Shown in pieces: positions 35,055-45,188 of a DNA stretch of 64,000 bases. Location: the NCBI RefSeq assembly GCF_964204865.1, contig NC_135262.1:9858001-9922000 (forward strand), in the 5' to 3' direction. The stretch's first letter is position 1. The number at the start of each line of letters is the position of its first letter. The DNA is from Styela clava (taxonomy: Eukaryota). The position numbers and the translations under genes were made by a program. A model generated the notes under the pieces. The model saw only the letters and a list, made by a program, of their open reading frames with translations, was not told where the DNA came from and did not search any database.

Positions 35055-38000
35055 CAATGACATTAAACAACATGATAGGCAACTCTGACGTCACTCCATA
35101 AGACTACAGGCAAAACATTGTATTTCATGATACGCTCCAATGCACATATTTCTCGTCGCCTTTCGCGTCCGTTTTCTGCTCGTTTTTGCTACTCGGCGTC
35201 TTTTTTACGTGTAGTACCTGCCTTTTTGCGCCTGTAACGAAACAAAATAATCTCTATATCTAAGAAGTTTTACTTACTTGGAAAGCTGGAATAACAGGCA
35301 AGCTGTAAAGAGCAATTCTGGACATCATAGACTTTTTTTTTATCAGAGAAGATTACAAACGCGATAGCGGAAAGATTTGTGTGGAACATTTTGCAGATAA
35401 TGACGAAGTTCAAAGTTAGTAATTTTAATGTTTGCGCTTAATCATTGAAATTTCATTTAAAGAGGGTGTCATACAAAACTGTGCTGCGATACAATTCCAT
35501 AACACAAAGTGTGCACCTATCGAACTTGCTTTTGTAGGTGAATTTATTAGACATATTACACATTCATTTAATCGTAAGTAACATTGCTGGTACATAATGC
35601 ATCGTAGATAGGTTTGTTTAAATTTAGGAATTTAGCTCATAGCCCACTAATTAATATTATCTTCTATGCAGAGGTTGCAGGGCTGAATTCAACTTGCAGC
35701 CTTACCGATCACCTGACGATGCTCATTTAGTTTGGCTCGAGCAAGTCTTCTTGAAATGCTTGTGTGGATGGAAACTACCTATATTTTTTGCCTTCCTCCG
35801 ATTTTAGACAAATTTATTCTGAGGGATTTCGCATATAATTCTCACTGATTGTTGGCTGTTTATAATTCCCATTGATTGTGAATTCTGATTATAACAATGA
35901 GTTGAAAATTTTTTTACCTAATTTACTGGCACCTTTTTCTTGTCAATACTCCAAGCTGAGGTAATAAACATGACAATACATTTATGTCATCTGGAAGCAA
36001 AATATGCACACTAATAAATAGTTTGGCACATTGAGATAATACATCATGACAGAAAATACAAGTTAAAGATATGTATGACCATCACATGGTAATTAAAATT
36101 AATAAAAATTAATAGGGGCTGTGGAGTATGGAAAGTTCAAGACAAAGAAAAGAACAAATGTTCATAGCTCATGAACTCTCATTGCTTTGTGAAGGCCAAT
36201 ATATTTCGAGTGGCTGAATTGGTTTACCTTTATGATAGCAACGATTTTGTATTTAATATAGCGAGATTATTTCAATTTAATTGAAGTGATATAATTTCCC
36301 AAAGCAATGCTTGAATCGTCTATTCTAGAATAGATCAGTGGTGTCAAACTTATGGGTTTTCGAGAGCCGCATTGCATTTTGAAAATTGTAAAAAGAGCCG
36401 CAAACAGTTTTTGATAATGTATACTCAAAAGATATTTTTAAGATAGTTTTAGTTTATGACATATATTGTGATGCAACTAAACAGTTGGATTAGGTTTTAT
36501 TATTTTCTTCAATTTCAAATGCAATTACATAATAATATTTGCATTCCACTATTATTGCAACATTTGCAAGTTACAGTATTTATTATAAAAAATCGTAAAA
36601 TTCTATGTACAACCATCAAAATCATTTTTGAACAAGCTTTGAATAAGGAAAGAATAATACATACACTAAAAATAACTTAATCTAAATATATGAACCTAAA
36701 ATTAACAAAAATACTACAGTATAAACTCAATGTTTTAATAATTACATTTGTCCTGGCGTTTGGCATCTTTTTTGTGTCACCAGCATACTGAGGCCAGTCT
36801 GAAATGATTTTATAGTACCAACTCTAACTAACGAGGCCACATGATCATGGGTTTATCTGGATCTTTACGAATGTTTAATTAATTCCAGTAATGCAAAAAA
36901 GTTACTTTTATCATTTCTTGTATAGATCAGTAAAAAAACAAATGACAGATTTTTTCGACAAGACATTTCGCACTACATTGCGTGGCATAGGATTGCTTGA
37001 ATTATTATTGATATTGATTTTTAGTAACTAAGTCGTTGTATAATTATATTAATATACAAACACATGGAAATTTTCTGTTCGAAGTTGGTCTTCGAATTTG
37101 TCATATTGACTGCTGAGCTTATTGTGTTTTTTGATTGTATTGATGGAAATATGACAAATTAAACAATGTGCTTCAGAATTTTGTGAAGAGCAGAAATGTT
37201 ACAACTCCCATTTTCTTCGAAAATGCCACCTTCTTCATGTACTTTGCGTTTAATTTAATTACTCAAGTGTTTTATTCAAATATTCTTTTGCTAGCTTGAT
37301 ATGTATTCTTAATTGGGTCAAAATGTGGACAAAAAAAATTAATATTCCAAAACTACTTTCAGTAAATTGTTTTCTGTGTGAATAATCAATTTCACTTTAG
37401 AAGGTTTGAAAAATCTATTACATTTAGATAAAAAAAAAAACTTCCAAAATACTATTACAATTATTGTTAAGCGTTCGAGGGCCGCACTGGAAGTTCTCTG
37501 GGGCCGCGAGTTTGAGATCCCTGGTCTAGATTGAAGTTGTTCAAGAAATATATGATAGTATTTTATCATGAATGATGATTATACCCCTTCCGGAATTTCT
37601 TCTATAGTACTACCAAAAGTTGATGAACCAAATATAACACAGGTGCAGTGAGTTACCCGTAATCCTCATTTCCAAAGCTGTTTTAAGTATGTCTGGCGTG
37701 TTTTGTGCCTTTTTACAAATAAGACCGCTTATGCAATCTTACGCTTTGGAATTTTTAGTTATTTTCCTCAAGCCCTGCAGGATGTGGGGACAACTCTACC
37801 GGAGGGTCAAATGTCTTTGCATGCCTCCATAGGTTGTTTTTCTATTGCAAATTTCTATTTTCAATTGCAATATATTTCTTGGAATCACACTGTCACTGAT
37901 ATGTCGCCAGACTTCTGATATCTCCTCGTCTGCTATAGTTGTCCTGTGAATAAATAATAGGAAATTGAGATTAGACGAATAGTTGAAAGTTTTGCTTTAT

Positions 38001-38837
38001 GTCGGCTTAATTTCTTGATTGATATACTTACTATTTCTGCTATTGCCTCTTGTGCTGCAAGAGTCTCACAATGCTTAGACAGGTTTGTCCACAACTTTCA
38101 CATCTGAAGAAAGAGAGGAGATTTATTAATTTTCGTTAAGAATAAATAAAGCAGTCTATATGATTCAGAATGGAAAAGCTAATAAATCCAATATCTCATG
38201 TTTTATTTAAAAAATATTTTACTGAATTTGGTATATCAACCAACTAATAAAAGGGTTTAGTCAGAAAATTACAAGCATTCGTGGCTCCAAATACTTATAT
38301 ATAGACCGGTATGAGTGAAATGTTAGGTGAACTTGTTAACACTTTGATTCAATACGCAAATAAAAGTGAATGCGTAATAGTATGTTACAATGAGCAGCAA
38401 TCAACAATGAGTATGTATCCTCACTGATTAAAAAAATCTAACTGGAGGTGCATGAACTATTTGAAACCATAAGGGGTAAGTGAATATGTAATTTCGGCAA
38501 ATGGGCAACTACGTACCGTACTGAATTAATAACTTCGTAGTATTTGACAAAGGCTGGCTTTCCCACATGCACTTAACAGTGCGATGCCCGGGTGTGATAT
38601 ACAACAATAGTATTCACCTTACCTTTTACCGATTTCTTTTTACCCCAACTTTCAAAAATATCATTAAAATCGACAACAACTGTCAAAGCAGGCACGAACA
38701 CCATTCGTGCTACGCCTTGAAAGGAGAACACATCCACTCGTTTTCGTCTCGTCAAGTATGTGCATTGGAGCGTGCTATCGAATACGATCTTCGGACAAAA
38801 ATGCCGGAGTTGCGCATCATGTTGTTTAATGTCATTG
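35055..38837 (+). mobile_element. P-superfamily (THAP9-like) DNA transposon relic, 3.8 kb
   Basis: TIR CAATGACATTAAACAACATGAT.. (about 100 bp, imperfect internally); perfect 7-bp TSD ATCAGAG. Plus-strand remnants: THAP-like REDYKRDSGKICVEHFADND (about 35347-35412), EFIRHITHSFN (about 35541) and NLQPYRSPDDAHLVWLEQVFLKCLCGWK (35691-35774). Confidence 0.8.
36336..37523 (-). mobile_element. Charlie/SPIN-like hAT deletion derivative nested in the P element
   Basis: cagtggtgtcaaact / agtttgagatccctg; flanks gaatagat / gtctagat. Minus-strand remnants of GTF2IRD2/SPIN-type transposase termini (RKVHEEGGIF.., THDHVASLVRVGT...KRCQ). Confidence 0.7.
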
Positions 38838-39382
38838 ATCAGAGTGACCAAATAAAATTGATTGATTGACATGTTATGTATGATAACACGTATGCGAAGT
38901 TAAATTTATTGAGGTCAAGGGTCGGTGAAATATTGTATTGTAAGATGAATTCATTCCGATTTCAGCATTTAAATGAGTAGACTACCGGTACGGTACTAGT
39001 GCGGCATTATGGAGTTTTTTTGCAAGTTTTAAACCGTAATAAGTGATGTTTCATTGGGGTATGCTAGTGTCTTATCTACCGGTACTGTATCTAGAGTTGA
39101 GAAATATAGACTAGTACCGGTATTAGTTAACTAGACTATTAGTCTATACTCTATATAAATAATGAATCCAAAGAGTATGGTAGTCTACCGTAAAGATTGG
39201 AGACTGAGTTGGAATTGTTTCATATCTGTCATACTCATATACCGGTATAGTAGGTACCGTAACCTGTATAACAGTAGTCTATAATGATATTTTTGAACAT
39301 GGAATAATGGCATCCGAAGTACGATAATGAGTTATGTATTGTTCCTGTCTGCTTGTTGACAGGTACCGGTACCGGTAACCGT

Positions 39383-39677
39383 GGCTCAGCGGTGTGGCGC
39401 ATTGTGCTAAGCGTTAGGAATTCGCTCGCCATCGCATCTCTGATTACCCTTCGTGGGATCGCAGGTTCGAATCCCATGCGGGGATGATCATGTGCAAGAG
39501 GATTGCTGGACATCAAGTCCATGCTCCCGAAAACAAATACCTGGCTAACTAATCCCATACCCGACCTGGACTGGTAACCGGACGAGAGGCCGTGGTTCGC
39601 CATATGATTAAGCCGTCTTATCAGCTTTCCTCTCCCCCTGGATAAATATGTAAATCCTATCCTACAGTCCTATCCTA
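39383..39677 (+). mobile_element. SINE family A copy with its central core deleted
   Basis: Head with B-box GGTTCGAATCCC; joins ..ctgga directly to catcaagtcc; (ATCCT)n-like tail. Confidence 0.85.
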
Positions 39678-40139
39678 TAGGCTTTCGGTTATTTAGTTTC
39701 GGGATTTGGATTTGTTTTTATCTGCGATCAAAGATGAGTGATGAATAACACCTAACATGTATACCGTACATACACAGATACAGTGCCATTTTACCAATTA
39801 CATCAATCGATCGTCCTGACATTTGTACTTTGTGGATTGAGGTTCTTATTTCAGACAATGTGATACATGCTGCTGCAGTCCTGCAGTCTACTGCAGTATT
39901 GACTGTACTGGCTGACTGGCCTGATGCATGATTAAAAATAAAATTGTATTCTATTGTATTGTAGATAGGTTAATTACAGACTTATTAATGCAGTAATGAT
40001 TCTGTAACTTGCGATTCTTATATTTCTGCATTTAGTCTACTAATGATATTGTGATAAATTACAATTTTCAGTTAAATAAAAGTTTGTAACATATCCGTCT
40101 ATCCAGTATTGTATCAGTGTATCTGGTTGGTTTTGCAAA

Positions 40140-41546
40140 ATGTCATTTGCCACAGATTCATTGATTATGCTTACAACACAGATCTTATTTTTTGGATTTG
40201 GATGGGTCTTTTTTCTATGGCAGCTGTTCAAAGATTACGAATGTCATCATCGAGCTGTTCAGCTTATTTTCGCAGCGACATTTGCTTTATCATGTACCAT
40301 GTTTGAGCTTATTATTTTTGAGATATTAGGTGTGCTGAATTCAAGCTCAAGATATTTCCACTGGAAACTGAACTTGTACATTATGCTTTTTGTAGTTGTG
40401 TTTGTCTTGCCATTTTGTATTGCTTATTTTGTTATAAGCAATGTTAGCATGTTTGCAAAATATAAAATTCCAGCTGCATGCATTATATGGCTTATATTTA
40501 TGTATTTTTTCTGGAAAATTGGTGATCCATTTCCAATTCTGAGTGCTCAGCATGGTATTTTGTCAATTGAACAAGTAATAAGCAGAGTTGGTGTTATTGG
40601 TGTCACTGTGATGGCATTACTATCCGGGTTTGGTGCTGTTAATTGCCCATATACGTACTCTTCCTATTTCCTTCGTCAAGTCACAGATTCTGATATTCAG
40701 CTTATTGAACGAAAGTTGATGCAAACGAATGAAATGGTAATAAGCAAGAAAAAAAGGATTGCAATCGCAAAGTATCATAATTCTTCAAGAAATGCTAATG
40801 AAAATGTTCCACAAAGTGGAATTTGGGCACGAATTCGTAATGTGGCTTCTCCAATTTCTTCACCTGGAAACGAAAACGTTTCGTTACTTCAACAAGAAGT
40901 AATTGCTCATGAAGAATTAAGCAGACAGCTGTTTCTAGAAACTGTTGATTTACATGCCACGAAGGAACGGATTAAATATTCAAAAACTTTCAAGGGAATG
41001 TACTTCAATGTTTTAGGTTACTTCTTCTCTCTGTATTGCATGTGGAAAATATTCATGTGTATTATTAATATTATTTTTAACAGAGTTGGTAAAAAGGACC
41101 CAATAACGAAGGGATTTGAAATATTAGTTCATTATCTCGGCTTTGATGTCGACGTGTCATTCTGGAGTCAACACGTTTCTTTTATATTAGTTGGTATTAT
41201 GATAGTCACATCAATTAGGGGTCTTCTTATAACCCTTACAAAGTTTTTCTATGCGATTTCGAGCAGTAAATCTTCAAATGTGATTGTTATGGGGCTTGCT
41301 CAAATCATGGGAATGTATTTTGTTTCTTCTGTTTTACTAATGAGAATGAATATGCCTGCTTCATATCGAGAAATCATAACTCAGGTTTTGGGGGAACTCC
41401 AATTTCAATTCTATCATAGGTGGTTTGATGTTATTTTTCTTATTAGTGCCCTTAGCAGTATAGGATTTTTGTATCTTGCGCATAAGCAAGCTCCTGAAAA
41501 ACATATAGTTCAAGATGTCAAACTATCATTATCATTTAATGACTGA
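40140..41546 (+). CDS. GPR89: Golgi pH regulator (GPHR), single coding exon, 468 aa
   Basis: Motifs QILFFGFGW, SCTMFELIIFEILG, FWKIGDPFPILS, SRVGVIGVTVMALLSGFGAVNCPY, FYHRWFDVIFLISALSSI...AHKQAPEK. Confidence 0.97.
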   Translation: MSFATDSLIMLTTQILFFGFGWVFFLWQLFKDYECHHRAVQLIFAATFALSCTMFELIIFEILGVLNSSSRYFHWKLNLYIMLFVVVFVLPFCIAYFVISNVSMFAKYKIPAACIIWLIFMYFFWKIGDPFPILSAQHGILSIEQVISRVGVIGVTVMALLSGFGAVNCPYTYSSYFLRQVTDSDIQLIERKLMQTNEMVISKKKRIAIAKYHNSSRNANENVPQSGIWARIRNVASPISSPGNENVSLLQQEVIAHEELSRQLFLETVDLHATKERIKYSKTFKGMYFNVLGYFFSLYCMWKIFMCIINIIFNRVGKKDPITKGFEILVHYLGFDVDVSFWSQHVSFILVGIMIVTSIRGLLITLTKFFYAISSSKSSNVIVMGLAQIMGMYFVSSVLLMRMNMPASYREIITQVLGELQFQFYHRWFDVIFLISALSSIGFLYLAHKQAPEKHIVQDVKLSLSFND

Positions 41547-41890
41547 TCTTACAGAACTGTGTTTTGCTTGTAAGAAAGAATTAGATTGAATTTAAACATT
41601 AGTATTGAAGGTCTAAGTTTATCTTTTGAGGATTATGGCCTAAGTAGATTTTAATAAAACAGTATACCAGTGGAATATACTGCCATAATATGGATATACT
41701 AACAAAGTAACAATAAAAAGTAGAATTCATAATTATAAGTTAATGCAAATGTATTAGCGCAGACATGTAAATTCTTCCATGATTTTTGTAAAGCATGTCT
41801 GAAATGATTTGTTTTCATGTTCTTTTCTTTTAAAGATAGCATAATGTTTCTCAATATTGTGAGTATATAAGATGAGAGTGAACCGAAGCT

Positions 41891-43128
41891 ATGATTGAAT
41901 CTGAAAATGATGAATTGAATTTCATTGAAGGCGACAATGCTGCGTTACAAATAATCAATGATGAAGGAACATTACGTTTTCTTACTTCGGACTACATAAA
42001 TGAGAATAATAATATTGATGAAGAGGCCAAGGAAAAGGATATAAAAGAATTGACTGATGCTAATATAGAAAAGCTTCGTTCTCGCTACTCTGAAGTTTTG
42101 GAGAAAGTAAAACCCACAGCGGACCCTGCAAATGCTTTCAATATGTTAGAAAAGGTCCAAGGTGGTAAATCAAGTGATTATAGCATATTGACTAAAACTA
42201 TAAACTCTTTGGTGAAAGAAATTGGAATCCATGATTTACAAGATTTTAGAATCGAGGATATTGTGTTGCTTGTTTTGGACATGTTCACAGCATTGCGACA
42301 ATACATACATGAATTTAACGTGCAGCATATAATTCGACGGCGTGTAAAATCGGCTATTACCGCAAACAAACAACGCAACAAAGATCAGCTCAAGTTTGGT
42401 AATATGGAAGCATATTTAAGTGATCTTTACAAATTGTATCCTGAAGTTGGGACTTTAGCTTCTGGTCGATGGTTGACCAGTGCTGAACGTCCATACAAAG
42501 ACACTGTATTAGATATAGTTGAAGCAATTGGTATTAAAGATGCACATGATACAAGGATTTCTCATGCTGTCACATTAGCAATGGATCAATATCCTGTTTT
42601 GAGAGACCAAATAACTAATCCAAATTTACGGAAACAGTTTTTATCTAGAATCAAGAGAAGCTTTTCGAATAAATCCAAAACAAAAGTTAAAAGATCGTCC
42701 AATGACGAAATATGCCAGGTGAGCAGTGAGCATTGTAACAGAATTTATGTAGAATGGCCGCCTTTGATAATGTATAGCTTCGCTCTTGTCAATAACACAA
42801 ATTATTGCGTGCTTGCCGTATAGCTTGATAATGTGAATCTTATATTTCTATATGAGCCACATTCAAGTAGCAGAAAAACTTAATGTTAATATTGTTTCAT
42901 TGCTTGGTAATATGAATCTTATATTTCTATATGAGCCACATCCAAGTAGCAGAAAGACTTAATGTTAATTTTGTTTCACTTTTTTTTTTTATTCATAACT
43001 GCTTCTGTTCTCAGAATGAAGATATGTTTGATCAAGATAAATGTGCAGGCTCCAAGATTCCTAGGATAGAATTGGTGATTGAACAGGATGAAGAGAATGA
43101 ATGTTTTCTAGACTGCGAAAAATTATAA
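41891..43128 (+). CDS. Uncharacterised 313-aa protein with two tandem homologous helical domains, 2 exons
   Basis: Exons 41891-42718 (donor CAG|gtgagc) and 43015-43128 (acceptor ttctcag), phase 0. Long ORF in AT-rich DNA, with an internal repeat visible at the protein level. Confidence 0.75.
42822..42980. repeat. About 79-bp direct tandem duplication in an intron
   Basis: gcttgataatgtgaatcttatatttctatatgagccacattcaagtagcagaaa..cttaatgttaat..tgtttca occurs twice. Confidence 0.9.
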
Positions 43129-43951
43129 GGAAATTCCACTGTTTTTACTGTTGACACAGAGGGTCTTGCACAAACATGTAATTCGTCCATTGCAATCACA
43201 GATAGAATATGTTATATGTGTAGCAAACTGGACGCATTCACAAGATAATGTCTGCCTATACATATTATGTGAAATGAAAATACCCCATGAAATTGAAAGA
43301 TCATTTTAGTTCTTTATGCCTCAAATATTTCTATATCTTTCCAGATTTAGATAATGATGCAAACATTATTGGTTTAGTGGCAAAGTTAAATATATTTTAT
43401 AGCTTAGTATATATATAAATATTCTTACTTTACTACATCTCCATGTTTTCACGAGTATTGTATCTTTTGTTGTAGTTATTTTGCCTTATTTTTGGTGTTA
43501 TGCAATTTTGAATAAGTTTTCAAATATTATAAAATGAGGGTTTTATGTTGTGACCAAACTGCTGGTTTTGTGATGGACGCTTTGACACAACTGTTGGGCA
43601 GTGTTAACCCTAGACGTTTCAAATATAGCACACAACTTGTTTTTAAAAAAATATTTTTGCAAAATAATATTACTAGCTCGCGTATAAAATATGGGAGGAG
43701 AATAGCCGATGGTAATAAGAATGTGGGAATTTTGGGTTTTGCGCATCTGTATTTATAACACTAACAACTCGTTTATATAATGGACAAACAAGTTAGATCT
43801 TTATGTTATCGTAAAAAATCGTATGTCATATGAGAATTGACTAATGGTTGAAACACATCGGATTACATACATATATGCGTATCACGTGAGATAAATGAAA
43901 AATCCGCATTTGCGTGGCAAGCGGAGTTTGGCAAATCAATAACGAACAGTT

Positions 43952-44061
43952 GGTACTCCTGATGTACGCGCACCAAGATGTCGCATAACCTGAACTCTAA
44001 CTTGGTACACAACCTGAGTTCAGGTTGTGCGCCATCTTGGTGCGCATACTTCAGGAGGTCC
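43952..44061. mobile_element. MITE family A copy
   Basis: ggtactcctga.gta.gcgcaccaagatg / catcttggtgcgcatacttcaggaggtcc; flanks gaacagtt / gaacattt (7/8). Confidence 0.8.
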
Positions 44062-45188
44062 GAACATTTTTAGTATATATATATATTTTTTGTTTGTTTG
44101 TTGGAAGCGTTAGTCGTTGGTTGAAAGTAATATAATTACTTAGTTTTGATTGAACAATCCATATGTGCCATTTTGTTTGAATCGAACTCGTTTTTCAGTA
44201 GCCTATTGGTTATCCCACTATTTATCGAAACAGCCTCTACTGTTTTTAAAAACAGTACAGAAAATCACTCCTCGAAGAATCTTTTCTAATGATATAGGAC
44301 TAGCGCGTTGTATTTGACTTCGTTTAGGTGAGTTTATAATGAAATCCTCCTTAACGGTAGATAAAAGGAAGACAAAAAACAACAGAGGCTGAAAAACTGA
44401 GGGTCCTCAACATTTGAAAGTACAGAAATCGGTGGTTTCCTAAATGTATTTTGAATCGAAACCTGAAATCACTAGATACCCTGTAGTCAATGCTACTTCA
44501 TCTGAACATTCTCGATTCCAGTTTTTATGGATATAAATATATTCGTAGAAATATTTTTGAATCTGTTACAGTAGCATAGAAAAGATTAATAGAGTAAGGG
44601 TTATTGTTTCGTCAACCAGAAAACAAGCATTGAAACATTGAAAAACACTCAAAGTTGCTGGGGAGTGATACGACCATGCGGTCATCTAATTGGGTCATCA
44701 GAGTTAGTTCCCCATACCCACTATTATGTAAAAGATCCCGAGTTCCAAAGTATGTGAACGATGCATAAAAAAAGCTACTTTTTGCAAATCTGATTCGCAT
44801 GCTTTCGCATCTGGGTTCTTCGGTCCTTATACGGACAGACAGTCCTTGCCAGATTTGTCCAGGGATTGAACCAAGTTCATACAGATTGATAGTTTTTCCC
44901 TTATTTGAGACATAAAAATAGCATGAAATTAATTGGCTGCTTTGTCGTCTTGAGAACTAATACGTAAACACAAAACGGTCAGAATATTTATCACAAAAGG
45001 AATATTTGGCGCTCATCTCAGTTTTGCGCCAGAGGGCGCTAAATTTCTGAGTCCAGGAGCATGTGTTTCTTGTCAGATATTCTCATGCTGCGTGGCTGCT
45101 TTTGTGGGTGGATCTTTGATTTCTAGTTTCATTGCCGTGTTTTCGCAATATTATTCATAAATTCTCATTAGGAAGTTTGTAATGTGTA

